From Bacteroidia bacterium (GTDB lineage Bacteria > Bacteroidota > Bacteroidia > J057): a stretch of 64,000 nucleotides of DNA. Location of the stretch: positions 8,471 to 72,470 of the forward strand of contig JANQTF010000300.1 in the NCBI GenBank assembly GCA_030731845.1, read 5' to 3'. The position numbers and the translations under genes are program-made. How positions within the stretch are numbered: the first letter of the stretch is position 1; each line of letters opens with the position of its first letter. This document shows, in pieces, positions 1 to 7,808 of this stretch. A model generated the notes under the pieces. That model saw only the letters and a program-made list of their open reading frames with translations, made no database searches and was not told the DNA's origin.

Positions 1-614
1 AAATTGTAGGCCGAAATCATTTTCTCTTTCACCTGAAGCGGAAGCCGCTTGGTGCTGAGAATCGCGAAGAGAAAGTCGAAGAGATTGTCATGGGTGAGCA
101 CCATGGAGTCGTCGTCGTCCATCGATCCAAACAAGTTCAGGATCATTGGATTTTCGCTGCTCGGCACGCCTGCAAACTCGGGATTTTCCTTGTAGTTGTA
201 GTAGGCAAACTGGCAAGGCAATGCCTGAGATTCGAACGCGGCTTTGAGCAGATGATCTGGCGAGAGAGACATGTAAAAGTGAAAAGGAATCCGCGCCATT
301 TGTCCAAACATCGGGTGAGGAGCCTCTTCTTGAAAAGCTTCCTTCACATGGTCGGAGAGCAATTTTCTCCAGCCACGCTTTTGTGTGATGGCATCACCGA
401 GGTAAAACAGTTTTTCTTGTTCTCTGGGCACCTCCGTCTCTACTTCTTTAGAGAGCAAGGTTGTGAGCTTGTCATGAAGCGAATTGCCTTTCTCGTCCAG
501 GATTGCACCTGGACCTAGCACGATGATACATTCTTCGCGCTCAATCGAGGCGATAATTTCATTCCAATCATCCTCGGTCATGGTGCGAGGATTCATGTTC
601 TGGGTTGAAGCCAT
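1..614 (-). CDS. SIR2_2-like domain protein, N-terminal part (gene runs off the left edge)
   Basis: Absent from the ORF track because no stop lies in the window. Reverse complement from ATG 614..612 reads MASTQNMNPRTMTEDDWNEIIASIEREECIIVLGPGAILDEKG...FYMSLSPDHLLKAAFE...PMILNLFGSMDDDDSMVLTHDNLFDFLFAIL, open to base 1. The block order (hhhhGxG, a TTNYD-like block, a KLHGS-like block, then VLTxxDY-like) fits my recollection of the SIR2_2 fold. The His of the LHGS block is Phe here. Confidence 0.45.
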   Translation of the reverse strand, partial: MASTQNMNPRTMTEDDWNEIIASIEREECIIVLGPGAILDEKGNSLHDKLTTLLSKEVETEVPREQEKLFYLGDAITQKRGWRKLLSDHVKEAFQEEAPHPMFGQMARIPFHFYMSLSPDHLLKAAFESQALPCQFAYYNYKENPEFAGVPSSENPMILNLFGSMDDDDSMVLTHDNLFDFLFAILSTKRLPLQVKEKMISAYN

Positions 615-921
615 GATTCTAAATGGGGGGTTATGAAAAAGGAACAGAAGGGAGGACAAGGACGAATAGGCTTGATCAATAAGATCAAGCACTATATAAC
701 AACGATTTTCGTACCAAACTTCCTTCTCAGGGGCAATACTTCATGAATATAGACATAAATCTACAGATGGAAACCCTGAGCCAACCCAAACGTACACTTC
801 ACCGTTACAAAGGATGACTGTAACTCTTTTAGATATACTGTCAGCAGCCTCACCAGCCATTGCTCTTGACTATTAAACGCCCATCGTTTTTCCCTAGCCC
901 GGAAAAGCTGTAGCCAACCAT

Positions 922-952
922 AAAAAAGCCAACTCCATGAGTTGGTTTTTTT
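922..952 (-). terminator. Intrinsic terminator-like hairpin downstream of the 3-hydroxyanthranilate dioxygenase gene
   Basis: Stem CCAACTC (929-935) / GAGTTGG (939-945), flanked by an A-run on the left and a T-run on the right. It reads as hairpin plus U-tract on both strands. Confidence 0.6.
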
Positions 953-1030
953 ATGTGTCTATTCGACACCGTCATAGATCCGCAGGTTGTGACCTGACTG
1001 CTAGCTCAAGCTGTTTTTTATCCCCATAAA

Positions 1031-1561
1031 TCAGGCCTTCATTTTCTCAGGCACTGGCATCACGGTCCCACAGCTGCTGCAGGTTCTGAGGTCTTCCGAT
1101 GCATAAAAGTTTTGAATCGCGGCTTTTAGCTGAGTTTCAATGTTTTCCAGGACAAAATATTGATCGTGAAGCTTGTTGTTGCAGTTTCTGCAAAACCAGA
1201 GCAGGCCGTCCTTCATGCCTTCATCGCGGTTGCGCTCTATCACCAGGCCAATGGATCCGGCGCTTCGCTGTGGAGAGTGTGGCACCTTTGCTGGCAACAG
1301 AAATATCTCCCCTTCTTTAATCAGTATCGACACGGGTTTTCCATCTTCCTGAATCTTGAGGGTCATGTCCCCTTCCAGCATGTAGAAAAATTCCTCTGTC
1401 TCATTGTAGTGGTAATCGTCTCGCTGATTGGGCCCACCTACCACCATGATGATGAAGTTGTCGGTGCCTTGATACACCACTTTGTTGCCGACAGGCGGCT
1501 TGAGCAGATGGCGATGCTCTTCAATCCACTTATGAATATTGAGGACAGGATATGCAGGCAT
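1031..1561 (-). CDS. 3-hydroxyanthranilate 3,4-dioxygenase (cupin; kynurenine pathway to quinolinate)
   Basis: Translation [29 protein letters not shown]...[22 protein letters not shown]...[13 protein letters not shown], with C-terminal CRNC...CSSC cysteine pairs typical of bacterial 3-HAO. I chose the start at M42 of the track ORF (cat at 1559-1561) to drop an implausible N-terminal extension. Confidence 0.85.
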   Translation of the reverse strand: MPAYPVLNIHKWIEEHRHLLKPPVGNKVVYQGTDNFIIMVVGGPNQRDDYHYNETEEFFYMLEGDMTLKIQEDGKPVSILIKEGEIFLLPAKVPHSPQRSAGSIGLVIERNRDEGMKDGLLWFCRNCNNKLHDQYFVLENIETQLKAAIQNFYASEDLRTCSSCGTVMPVPEKMKA

Positions 1562-1709
1562 GAGGGAATGATTTGCGGGTAAAATTGCGTGAATGAATCC
1601 ATAAATTAGGCAGAGTGATCGGCAGATGCAATTTTTCTCTAGATCCCCCTTTCTCGATGAGCAAATGCTGCCTTGCCTGCACACATTTCTTCCCTCTGAC
1701 TATGTTGAC

Positions 1710-2396
1710 CTACGACACAGAACGAGGATTCTGAAGCCAGATCGCCCTCATTGCCGCCAAATGGCTCAGCATCACAATCGGCACTATGACCGATGGAAGC
1801 CAGGTGTAGGGAAAATCAATAAGCGCAAAGTGCTCAACCTCTTGTCCAAATTGCTGAAAGGGAGAAGGCGCTGACAAAATACCCCGCACCACAATATTCA
1901 GCAGCAGCCCAAGGCAGAGAATATTCCACAAAAACAACCAGGACCGACCGATGCGCCGATCTGCATAAAAGCTGAGTTGAACCATCACGGGCGCAGAGAG
2001 CCCTGCAAGAATATCAAGATTTCCGCCTTCCACACTCATCAGTTCCGGAATCCTGCCTTTTACATAGAGATACCAGAGAACAAACTCCACAGGCACCCTC
2101 ACCACATGGACCCAGGTAAGGGCCTGAAGATTCCATTTGTCCATCCATGCCCTCCCGGCAGGAAGCGCAAAGAGCAGGAAAATTGCCAGAAGCGGAGGGC
2201 CAGGCATCCACACAAATCGGGGAGGCATGGCCCCATCTACCGCATAAAATTCACTGTGCCCCAACCATGCCTGCAACGCCGCCCAGGCAAGAAATCCCAA
2301 CAGCAACCAAAGAGGGCGGGCACTGGCCCGGTATAGCTGCCATACAGAAAAACCTGCGGCTCCTATAAAAAGTAGGTCGATAAGGGTATCAAACAT
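1710..2396 (-). CDS. Polytopic integral membrane protein, unknown function
   Basis: 228-aa ORF with at least six hydrophobic segments (LLFIGAAGFSVW, LWLLLGFLAWAALQAW, PLLAIFLLFALPA and others). I recognise no catalytic motif. Confidence 0.6.
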   Translation of the reverse strand: MFDTLIDLLFIGAAGFSVWQLYRASARPLWLLLGFLAWAALQAWLGHSEFYAVDGAMPPRFVWMPGPPLLAIFLLFALPAGRAWMDKWNLQALTWVHVVRVPVEFVLWYLYVKGRIPELMSVEGGNLDILAGLSAPVMVQLSFYADRRIGRSWLFLWNILCLGLLLNIVVRGILSAPSPFQQFGQEVEHFALIDFPYTWLPSVIVPIVMLSHLAAMRAIWLQNPRSVS

Positions 2397-2491
2397 GGAG
2401 TTGCTGCTCAGGGCTTCTAAGTATTCCTAATGTCGGAATATTATTTCCCACTCACAATGCTTCCCATTGCTTTTTTATCCTCATCTTTTTC

Positions 2492-3415
2492 CTATTCGTT
2501 CGGTTCCTTTGAAGGCGCAAAGTCGCCCAGGGCATGGTGGTGACGAAGGTATCCTTCCAACGTGTTTCTTAGGAGAATGGAAACTGTCATGGGCCCTACG
2601 CCGCCAGGCACTGGCGTGATAAAGCTGGCTTTTTGTGATACTTCATCGAATGCGACATCGCCCACAAGCCGAAAACCTGCCTTCCGGGTGGGATCTTCTA
2701 CCCGATTGATCCCCACATCGATCACCACAGCGCCTTCTTTGATCATATCTGCGGTGATGAGGTTGGGCTTGCCTACGGCCACAATCACAATATCGGCCAG
2801 AGGACAGAGTTGCCGGAGCATTTCTGGCGGGGTGAATTTGTGGCAAAGCGTCACGGTAGCTTCGCCAGGCTGTCCTCCTCTCGACATCATGATGGAGGTA
2901 GGACGCCCCACAATGCGACTGCGGCCTACCACCACACAATGTTTTCCTTTGGTGGGGATGTTGTAGCGATCAAGCAACTCGAGAATACCCGAAGGCGTGG
3001 CAGGCATGAGGCAGGGAAAATTCAGCGTCATCAGCCCCACATTCACCGGGTGAAATCCATCTACATCCTTGCTAGGCAGAATGGTCTGGGTCACACGCTG
3101 TGGGGTGATGTGATCAGGCAGTGGCATCTGCACAATGATCCCATCCACATCGGGGTCATCGTTGAATCGGCGCACCTGATGGAGGAGTTCCTCCTCCGTG
3201 ATGGAAGCCGGCAAGCGCTTGAGCGTGGAGCTAAAGCCCACATATTCACAGGACTGGAGTTTGCCCTTGACATAGGTTCTGGAGGCAGGATCATCGCCAA
3301 CCAGAATCACGGCGAGGTGAGGCGGACGTTTACCTGAATCGAGGAGCCTTTGCACCTCTCGCCTAAGTTCGTCCTTGATGGTGAGAGAGACCATTTTGCC
3401 GTCTAGGAGCTCCAT
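2492..3415 (-). CDS. folD: Bifunctional 5,10-methylenetetrahydrofolate dehydrogenase / methenyl-THF cyclohydrolase
   Basis: MELLDGKMVSLTIKDELRREV...PHLAVILVGDDPASRTYVKGK...VVVGRSRIVGRP...ITPVPGGVGPMT are classical FolD blocks. Confidence 0.95.
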   Translation of the reverse strand: MELLDGKMVSLTIKDELRREVQRLLDSGKRPPHLAVILVGDDPASRTYVKGKLQSCEYVGFSSTLKRLPASITEEELLHQVRRFNDDPDVDGIIVQMPLPDHITPQRVTQTILPSKDVDGFHPVNVGLMTLNFPCLMPATPSGILELLDRYNIPTKGKHCVVVGRSRIVGRPTSIMMSRGGQPGEATVTLCHKFTPPEMLRQLCPLADIVIVAVGKPNLITADMIKEGAVVIDVGINRVEDPTRKAGFRLVGDVAFDEVSQKASFITPVPGGVGPMTVSILLRNTLEGYLRHHHALGDFAPSKEPNE

Positions 3416-3500
3416 AATGATGTGATCTGTTTTGCCCGCAAAGATACAAGAACTTTTTACCAGCCACCACCACGGATTCAGAAATCAATGGAATGGCTGT

Positions 3501-4412
3501 TTAGGGGCGCAGCAACTCATAGAGTACATCGAGCTTAGGGCTCAGGATGATCTCGGTGCGCCGATTTTTGCTGCGGCCTTCGGGGGTATCATTGGCAGCG
3601 ATGGGAAAAAATTCGCCTCTACCAGAAGCGGTGATCCGCTCAGCAGGGACCCCTTTTTTCATCAAAATACGAGAAACCGCAGTCGCACGAATGACGCTCA
3701 GGTCCCAGTTGTCATCAAATCGGGCGGTTTTGATCGGAATATTGTCGGTGTGCCCTTCGATCATGACCGAGATATCTGGTTTCTTGGCCAGCACTGCTGC
3801 CAATTGCTCCAGGGCAGTCACACCTTTGGGATCCACCGCAGCACTCCCGGATTTGAACAGCAGTTTTTCAGCCATAGACACATAGATTTTGCCGTTTCTA
3901 TTTTCTACGGTGAGCTCTTCGGCACTAAAGTTCACGAGGGCTTCTTCGATAGAGGCACGCAGGTTGTCGGTCGCCTCTTTTTGGCGATCGATTTGGTCGT
4001 TGAGTTCGTTGATCTTTTGAGTCTGGGTAGCGAGAAGCGCTTCTTTCTCTGCAAGCTCTTTCAACTTTTGAGTGAGGAGGGTTTGTGCGCGATCTATTTC
4101 AAGCTGCTTTTGCTGGAGTTCGGCAGATAGTTGCTGCTGATTGGAGCTGCTCGTTCGCTGAAGCGTAGCTTTCTCCTGGCTGATCTTTCTGATCTGAGTC
4201 CCAAGTTGGGCTGTGTCGGAAGTGAGGGTCGCTACCTGGGCTTTGAAACCCGCAAGCTGCGATTCCAATCCCGTGATAGAGGTATTTCTGGCTTTCACCA
4301 TTTGCTCAGTAGCCGCCAACTGGCTTTGACTGAGCTTGTATTTTTTAGAGGAAACACAGGAAGACACTAGCAAAGATGCCAAGATTATAAGAGCAAAAAT
4401 TCTAAGATTCAT
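3501..4412 (-). CDS. OmpA/MotB-domain lipoprotein with long coiled-coil linker
   Basis: Start at MNLRIFALIILASLLVSSC (lipobox; cat at 4410-4412). A Q/L/E-rich coiled coil follows. The C-terminal OmpA-like domain reads IEGHTDNIP...SVIRATAV...GRSKNRRTEI. The 413-aa track ORF is an upstream over-extension. Confidence 0.85.
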   Translation of the reverse strand: MNLRIFALIILASLLVSSCVSSKKYKLSQSQLAATEQMVKARNTSITGLESQLAGFKAQVATLTSDTAQLGTQIRKISQEKATLQRTSSSNQQQLSAELQQKQLEIDRAQTLLTQKLKELAEKEALLATQTQKINELNDQIDRQKEATDNLRASIEEALVNFSAEELTVENRNGKIYVSMAEKLLFKSGSAAVDPKGVTALEQLAAVLAKKPDISVMIEGHTDNIPIKTARFDDNWDLSVIRATAVSRILMKKGVPAERITASGRGEFFPIAANDTPEGRSKNRRTEIILSPKLDVLYELLRP

Positions 4413-4800
4413 GAGGAAAGGTGTTTGTTGAGTGTTGGAAAAATGATCTGTCTGCTCGTGCTTAGTCGAGTGAGACCATCTCAAAAGTACCTTGATTTTC
4501 ACAGACATTGCTGCACCCTTGACGGGCAGCTTCGCCCAAGAAAAAAAATTACCCCGAATCGGGCGTTTCTGCCGATCAAGCAGGAAAAATAAGGGAAACA
4601 GGGCAGCCCTGATTTCCTGCAATCCAGCGCTAGTGGCTGCATTTTCACAAAGGGAAAACCCCCTCGCGACGACCTGACAAAAAATGCACGAGCCATTAGT
4701 GACCTGATAACTTGTTTCTCTTCTCACTATTGGATTTTCCAAAAAAAATTGCGCATTTAGCGCATGAACCTATTTTCTCACACCAACAACTGCTAACATC

Positions 4801-5202
4801 ATGCTGAAAGAATTTAAATCATTTGTCATGAAGGGAAACATCCTTGATCTGGCCGTAGCCGTGATCATTGGAGGTGCCTTTGGAAAAATCGTGTCATCGT
4901 TTGTGAATGACATTCTCATGCCGCCAATCGGAATGGCGCTCGGTGGAGTCAACTTTACCGACCTTGTCGTTACCCTCAAAGAAGCTGTTATGGACGCCGC
5001 TGGAGAAGTGACCGCCCCTGCTGTCACCATGAACGTTGGGATTTTTGTTCAGGCGATCATCGACTTCCTGATTGTGGCATTCGTCATCTTCATGGTTGTC
5101 AAAGCCTATAACAACACCCAGAAGAAAGAAGAGGAAGCTCCGGCTGCTCCTTCCAATGAGGAAGTACTTCTGGCCGAAATTCGCGACCTGCTCAAGAAGT
5201 AA
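4801..5202 (+). CDS. mscL: Large-conductance mechanosensitive channel
   Basis: [44 protein letters not shown] is the canonical MscL N-terminus and TM1. Length is 133 aa. Confidence 0.95.
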   Translation: MLKEFKSFVMKGNILDLAVAVIIGGAFGKIVSSFVNDILMPPIGMALGGVNFTDLVVTLKEAVMDAAGEVTAPAVTMNVGIFVQAIIDFLIVAFVIFMVVKAYNNTQKKEEEAPAAPSNEEVLLAEIRDLLKK

Positions 5203-5243
5203 TCTCAACGGTGACGCACTCTGTGCGCAACAAACATCTAATT

Positions 5244-5286
5244 GCGGTTTTCACAAGAGATACCTCTCGTGAAAACCGCTTTTTTA
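5244..5286 (+). terminator. Rho-independent terminator of mscL
   Basis: GCGGTTTTCAC...GTGAAAACCGC 11-bp stem followed by a T-run. Confidence 0.8.
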
Positions 5287-5503
5287 TGCTTCCATCCTAC
5301 TTCCTTGGTACCATCAAGGCATCAATTGACTCTCTTTCTTCGTTATAGATTCGAAAAAATGATCTGGAGGAATAAACGATTGGTCCGTAACTTCGTCTAT
5401 TGAGTATCTTGAGAGCTGCGGTTCACTAAAATGTCCGTCGCAGGCAGTATCTGATGCCTCCTCAAAAAGCTTTTGTGCCCTCATCCCTAAGGTTGTACCA
5501 TTT

Positions 5504-6583
5504 ATGGAGTTGACCCTGATTCGCCGCTGTGCCCTTCTGGTTTTACCTATGCTGCTCGTAGCATGTCGCCCTGATCCTGTTACGCCGGATCTTTATGAGG
5601 TGCCCGCCATCATTCAGCCCTATGTGGATGCATTTGAGATGGAAGCTGCCAAGCGCGGCATTGAACTCGATATTTCCAACCTTCAGGTGGAGTTTACCAC
5701 CGACCTCGACGACGGCAAAGGCAATGAAGCCGCCGGACTCTGTCACTTCCAAAGTGCCAGCAATCCTACACCCCGCATCGAGCTCGACACCACGTCTTTC
5801 AACTGGCAAAACAACCTCTACCACCGCGAGATCCTCGTCTTCCACGAGTTGGGCCACTGCATCCTCAATCGCCTGCATCGCGACAATGAGCTTCCCAATG
5901 GCAACATAGCCTCCATCATGCGTAGCACCGGAGAGCAGGTCTATGGAGGCATTCTTAACGGCTTCAAGCGCGATTATTATATCGACGAATTATTCGACGA
6001 AAACACCCCTGCACCAGATTGGGCCACCAATCAGCCAGCCTATAATTCTGCGAGCTATGGCGCAAACATCTTTATCGATGAATTTGTGGATAACCGCAAT
6101 AGCTGGCCTTTGGGCAACAGCACCAACAGCCGTACGGCCATTCAAGGCGGCGATTTTATTTTTGAATCGAAGTCTGAGACAAGCGCATTTTTCCTCACCA
6201 AAAATGTGCTCATCGACACCGACAAAGATTTCGAAATCGAAGCACGCATTAAACTCGCGAGTGGGGAGCGTCCGGCCTTACTCCAATGGGGTGGCAACGA
6301 CGGCAGCGATTTGTACTTCTTCGGATTTTCTCGTGACAGCTCAATTCTAGCAGGCAATTGGCAGGAAGGTCTTGTGCTAGGCCAGCAAAGTCCACGCGTG
6401 AAAGCAGATGATTACAATGTACTCACCATCCGAAAAACCGGAACCTTCTACCACATCTATCTCAACGGTGAGTATCAGGAAATTTTTGAATTTGAGCCAT
6501 TCTTTGGCAACAAGATCGCTTTCTACATCGGGCAGCAATCTACCATGCAGGTAGATTATCTCCGAATCAGAGAGCTGTTGTAG
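5504..6583 (+). CDS. Putative zinc-metalloprotease lipoprotein with C-terminal jelly-roll/lectin-like domain
   Basis: Lipoprotein signal (LPMLLVAC). HExxH motif in ILVFHELGHCILNRLH. The C-terminal ~170 aa are beta-rich (FEIEARIKL...YNVLTIRKTGTFYHIYLNG). Family not identified. Confidence 0.55.
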   Translation: MELTLIRRCALLVLPMLLVACRPDPVTPDLYEVPAIIQPYVDAFEMEAAKRGIELDISNLQVEFTTDLDDGKGNEAAGLCHFQSASNPTPRIELDTTSFNWQNNLYHREILVFHELGHCILNRLHRDNELPNGNIASIMRSTGEQVYGGILNGFKRDYYIDELFDENTPAPDWATNQPAYNSASYGANIFIDEFVDNRNSWPLGNSTNSRTAIQGGDFIFESKSETSAFFLTKNVLIDTDKDFEIEARIKLASGERPALLQWGGNDGSDLYFFGFSRDSSILAGNWQEGLVLGQQSPRVKADDYNVLTIRKTGTFYHIYLNGEYQEIFEFEPFFGNKIAFYIGQQSTMQVDYLRIRELL

Positions 6584-6586
6584 GGC

Positions 6587-7051
6587 TCAATCCCAGACAC
6601 ATTCGCACAAGACACGCCGCTTTTCGATGGGGAGCGGTGGTGGTAAGGGAGCTTCGTAGCCACGCGAGATGTCTTTATATTCTTCGCGGATAAATCGCTT
6701 CCGCTTGATGCCAAACTCTTGCTCCATGTAGGCCACCATATATGACAAGCGCTCTTCCAAGAGAAGGCGAGACGCCACATCATCTGGACCGGGTGGCACA
6801 TCGGGCATGAGCTTCACCTCCATTCGCTTGTATTTTTTCATCAAATAAGCGAGGTAGCGCAGCTCCTGTTCATAGCCAGATTCGAGCTGCATCGTGCCCG
6901 ACACAAAGTAAATAATCGGCAATTCGCAGGACCGGCTATCCGGGGTACGCTTCACACCAAAAATTTCTGGAATTCCCTGACCATACGTATTGGTTGTGGG
7001 ACTCGCACAAAGGGGCAGTGCGATCAGGAGGATTTTGAGCAAGGGGATCAT
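6587..7051 (-). CDS. Hypothetical secreted protein
   Basis: 154-aa ORF with signal peptide MIPLLKILLIALPLCASP. No recognisable domain. Divergent from the Mks-like operon. Confidence 0.5.
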   Translation of the reverse strand: MIPLLKILLIALPLCASPTTNTYGQGIPEIFGVKRTPDSRSCELPIIYFVSGTMQLESGYEQELRYLAYLMKKYKRMEVKLMPDVPPGPDDVASRLLLEERLSYMVAYMEQEFGIKRKRFIREEYKDISRGYEAPLPPPLPIEKRRVLCECVWD

Positions 7052-7227
7052 GTTCCTGTAGGCGTTTGGGGGTAATCAAACGAGTGCCGGGGGTATCGGC
7101 ATCACGAGATAAACGAATATCGAAAACCTTTTGGTATGAAAACAGCCCCACAATCAATAGAAGTGCATGATGAAGAATAAATGTAGAAAAAAGTGATCAA
7201 AAATGCTATTTATATTAGCAAAACCAT

Positions 7228-7235
7228 TATTTTTG
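7228..7235 (+). promoter_or_regulatory. Candidate Bacteroidota -7 promoter box (TAnnTTTG) for the Mks-like operon
   Basis: TATTTTTG at 7228-7235, 16 nt upstream of ATG 7251. The match to the TAnnTTTG consensus was made by eye only. Confidence 0.3.
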
Positions 7236-7250
7236 GAGAAAGCGAGTCAC

Positions 7251-7808
7251 ATGCGTATTCCTCCCCAAACATCGGATATCTTCACTTTCCTCAGCAAGGG
7301 CCATTTCATTAGCCTCAATAGCAAAGACCCCATGCAGACGCACCTCTACGAGGTCATCAGCAGCCATGAGGGCTCCTTGAGAGATTACTTCGCCGTCATC
7401 GACCTTCATCTCCATCGCGGCAATGGCTACTATTATTTTTCTCGGCCAGAACGGGGCGAGAGCCTGGAAGAGCGCATGGAAAAAGTCATGCGTCAACTCG
7501 ACCTGCTCAGCTTTTTGCTTGCCTACAACCCTCGATTTGGTCCAGGCCTCGGTTTTAGCGCAAAAGAAGTATGGGAACAATGCCAACGAAAACCCGATCT
7601 CATGAAGCGCCTCGACAAGCTGAGCCTCCGCCCTGCAGGGGCATCCTCCGAAGAAAAACTTCGTCAGGTTCTTCGCCTCCTAGAAAAAGACACCTTCCTC
7701 GAAGCTGATACCGATGGCCACTACCGTGTCCTTTCGGCATTCGATTACCTTCTACAACTCATCGACCGAATTGAACTCAGATATGATCAGCAATACAGCC
7801 TATCCTGA
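7251..7808 (+). CDS. MukE/MksE/JetB-like (DUF4194-like) tandem winged-helix protein
   Basis: 185 aa from ATG 7251 (the track ORF begins at 7203; that alternative start is possible). The block FLSKGHFISL...LRDYFAVIDLHLHRGNGYYYFSRPE and a second wHTH-like half (LRQVLRLLEKDTFLEADTDGHYRVLSAF) resemble the MksE/JetB family as I recall it. The gene overlaps the downstream SMC-like gene by 26 nt. Confidence 0.5.
   Translation: MRIPPQTSDIFTFLSKGHFISLNSKDPMQTHLYEVISSHEGSLRDYFAVIDLHLHRGNGYYYFSRPERGESLEERMEKVMRQLDLLSFLLAYNPRFGPGLGFSAKEVWEQCQRKPDLMKRLDKLSLRPAGASSEEKLRQVLRLLEKDTFLEADTDGHYRVLSAFDYLLQLIDRIELRYDQQYSLS

Noticed and set aside
90-518. 142-aa plus-strand ORF
   Set aside because: It is antisense to the much better supported SIR2_2-like reading frame that runs from 614 off the left edge. 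Its composition is odd (many V/H/R/F runs).
3501-4742. Long N-terminal extensions of track ORFs (also 12632, 15232, 23530, 22912, 23608, 37060, 42149, 42977, 55981, 56985, 59517)
   Set aside because: In each case an internal Met is directly followed by a signal peptide, a lipobox or the conserved family N-terminus. The upstream extension is compositionally implausible or overlaps a neighbouring gene or its terminator.
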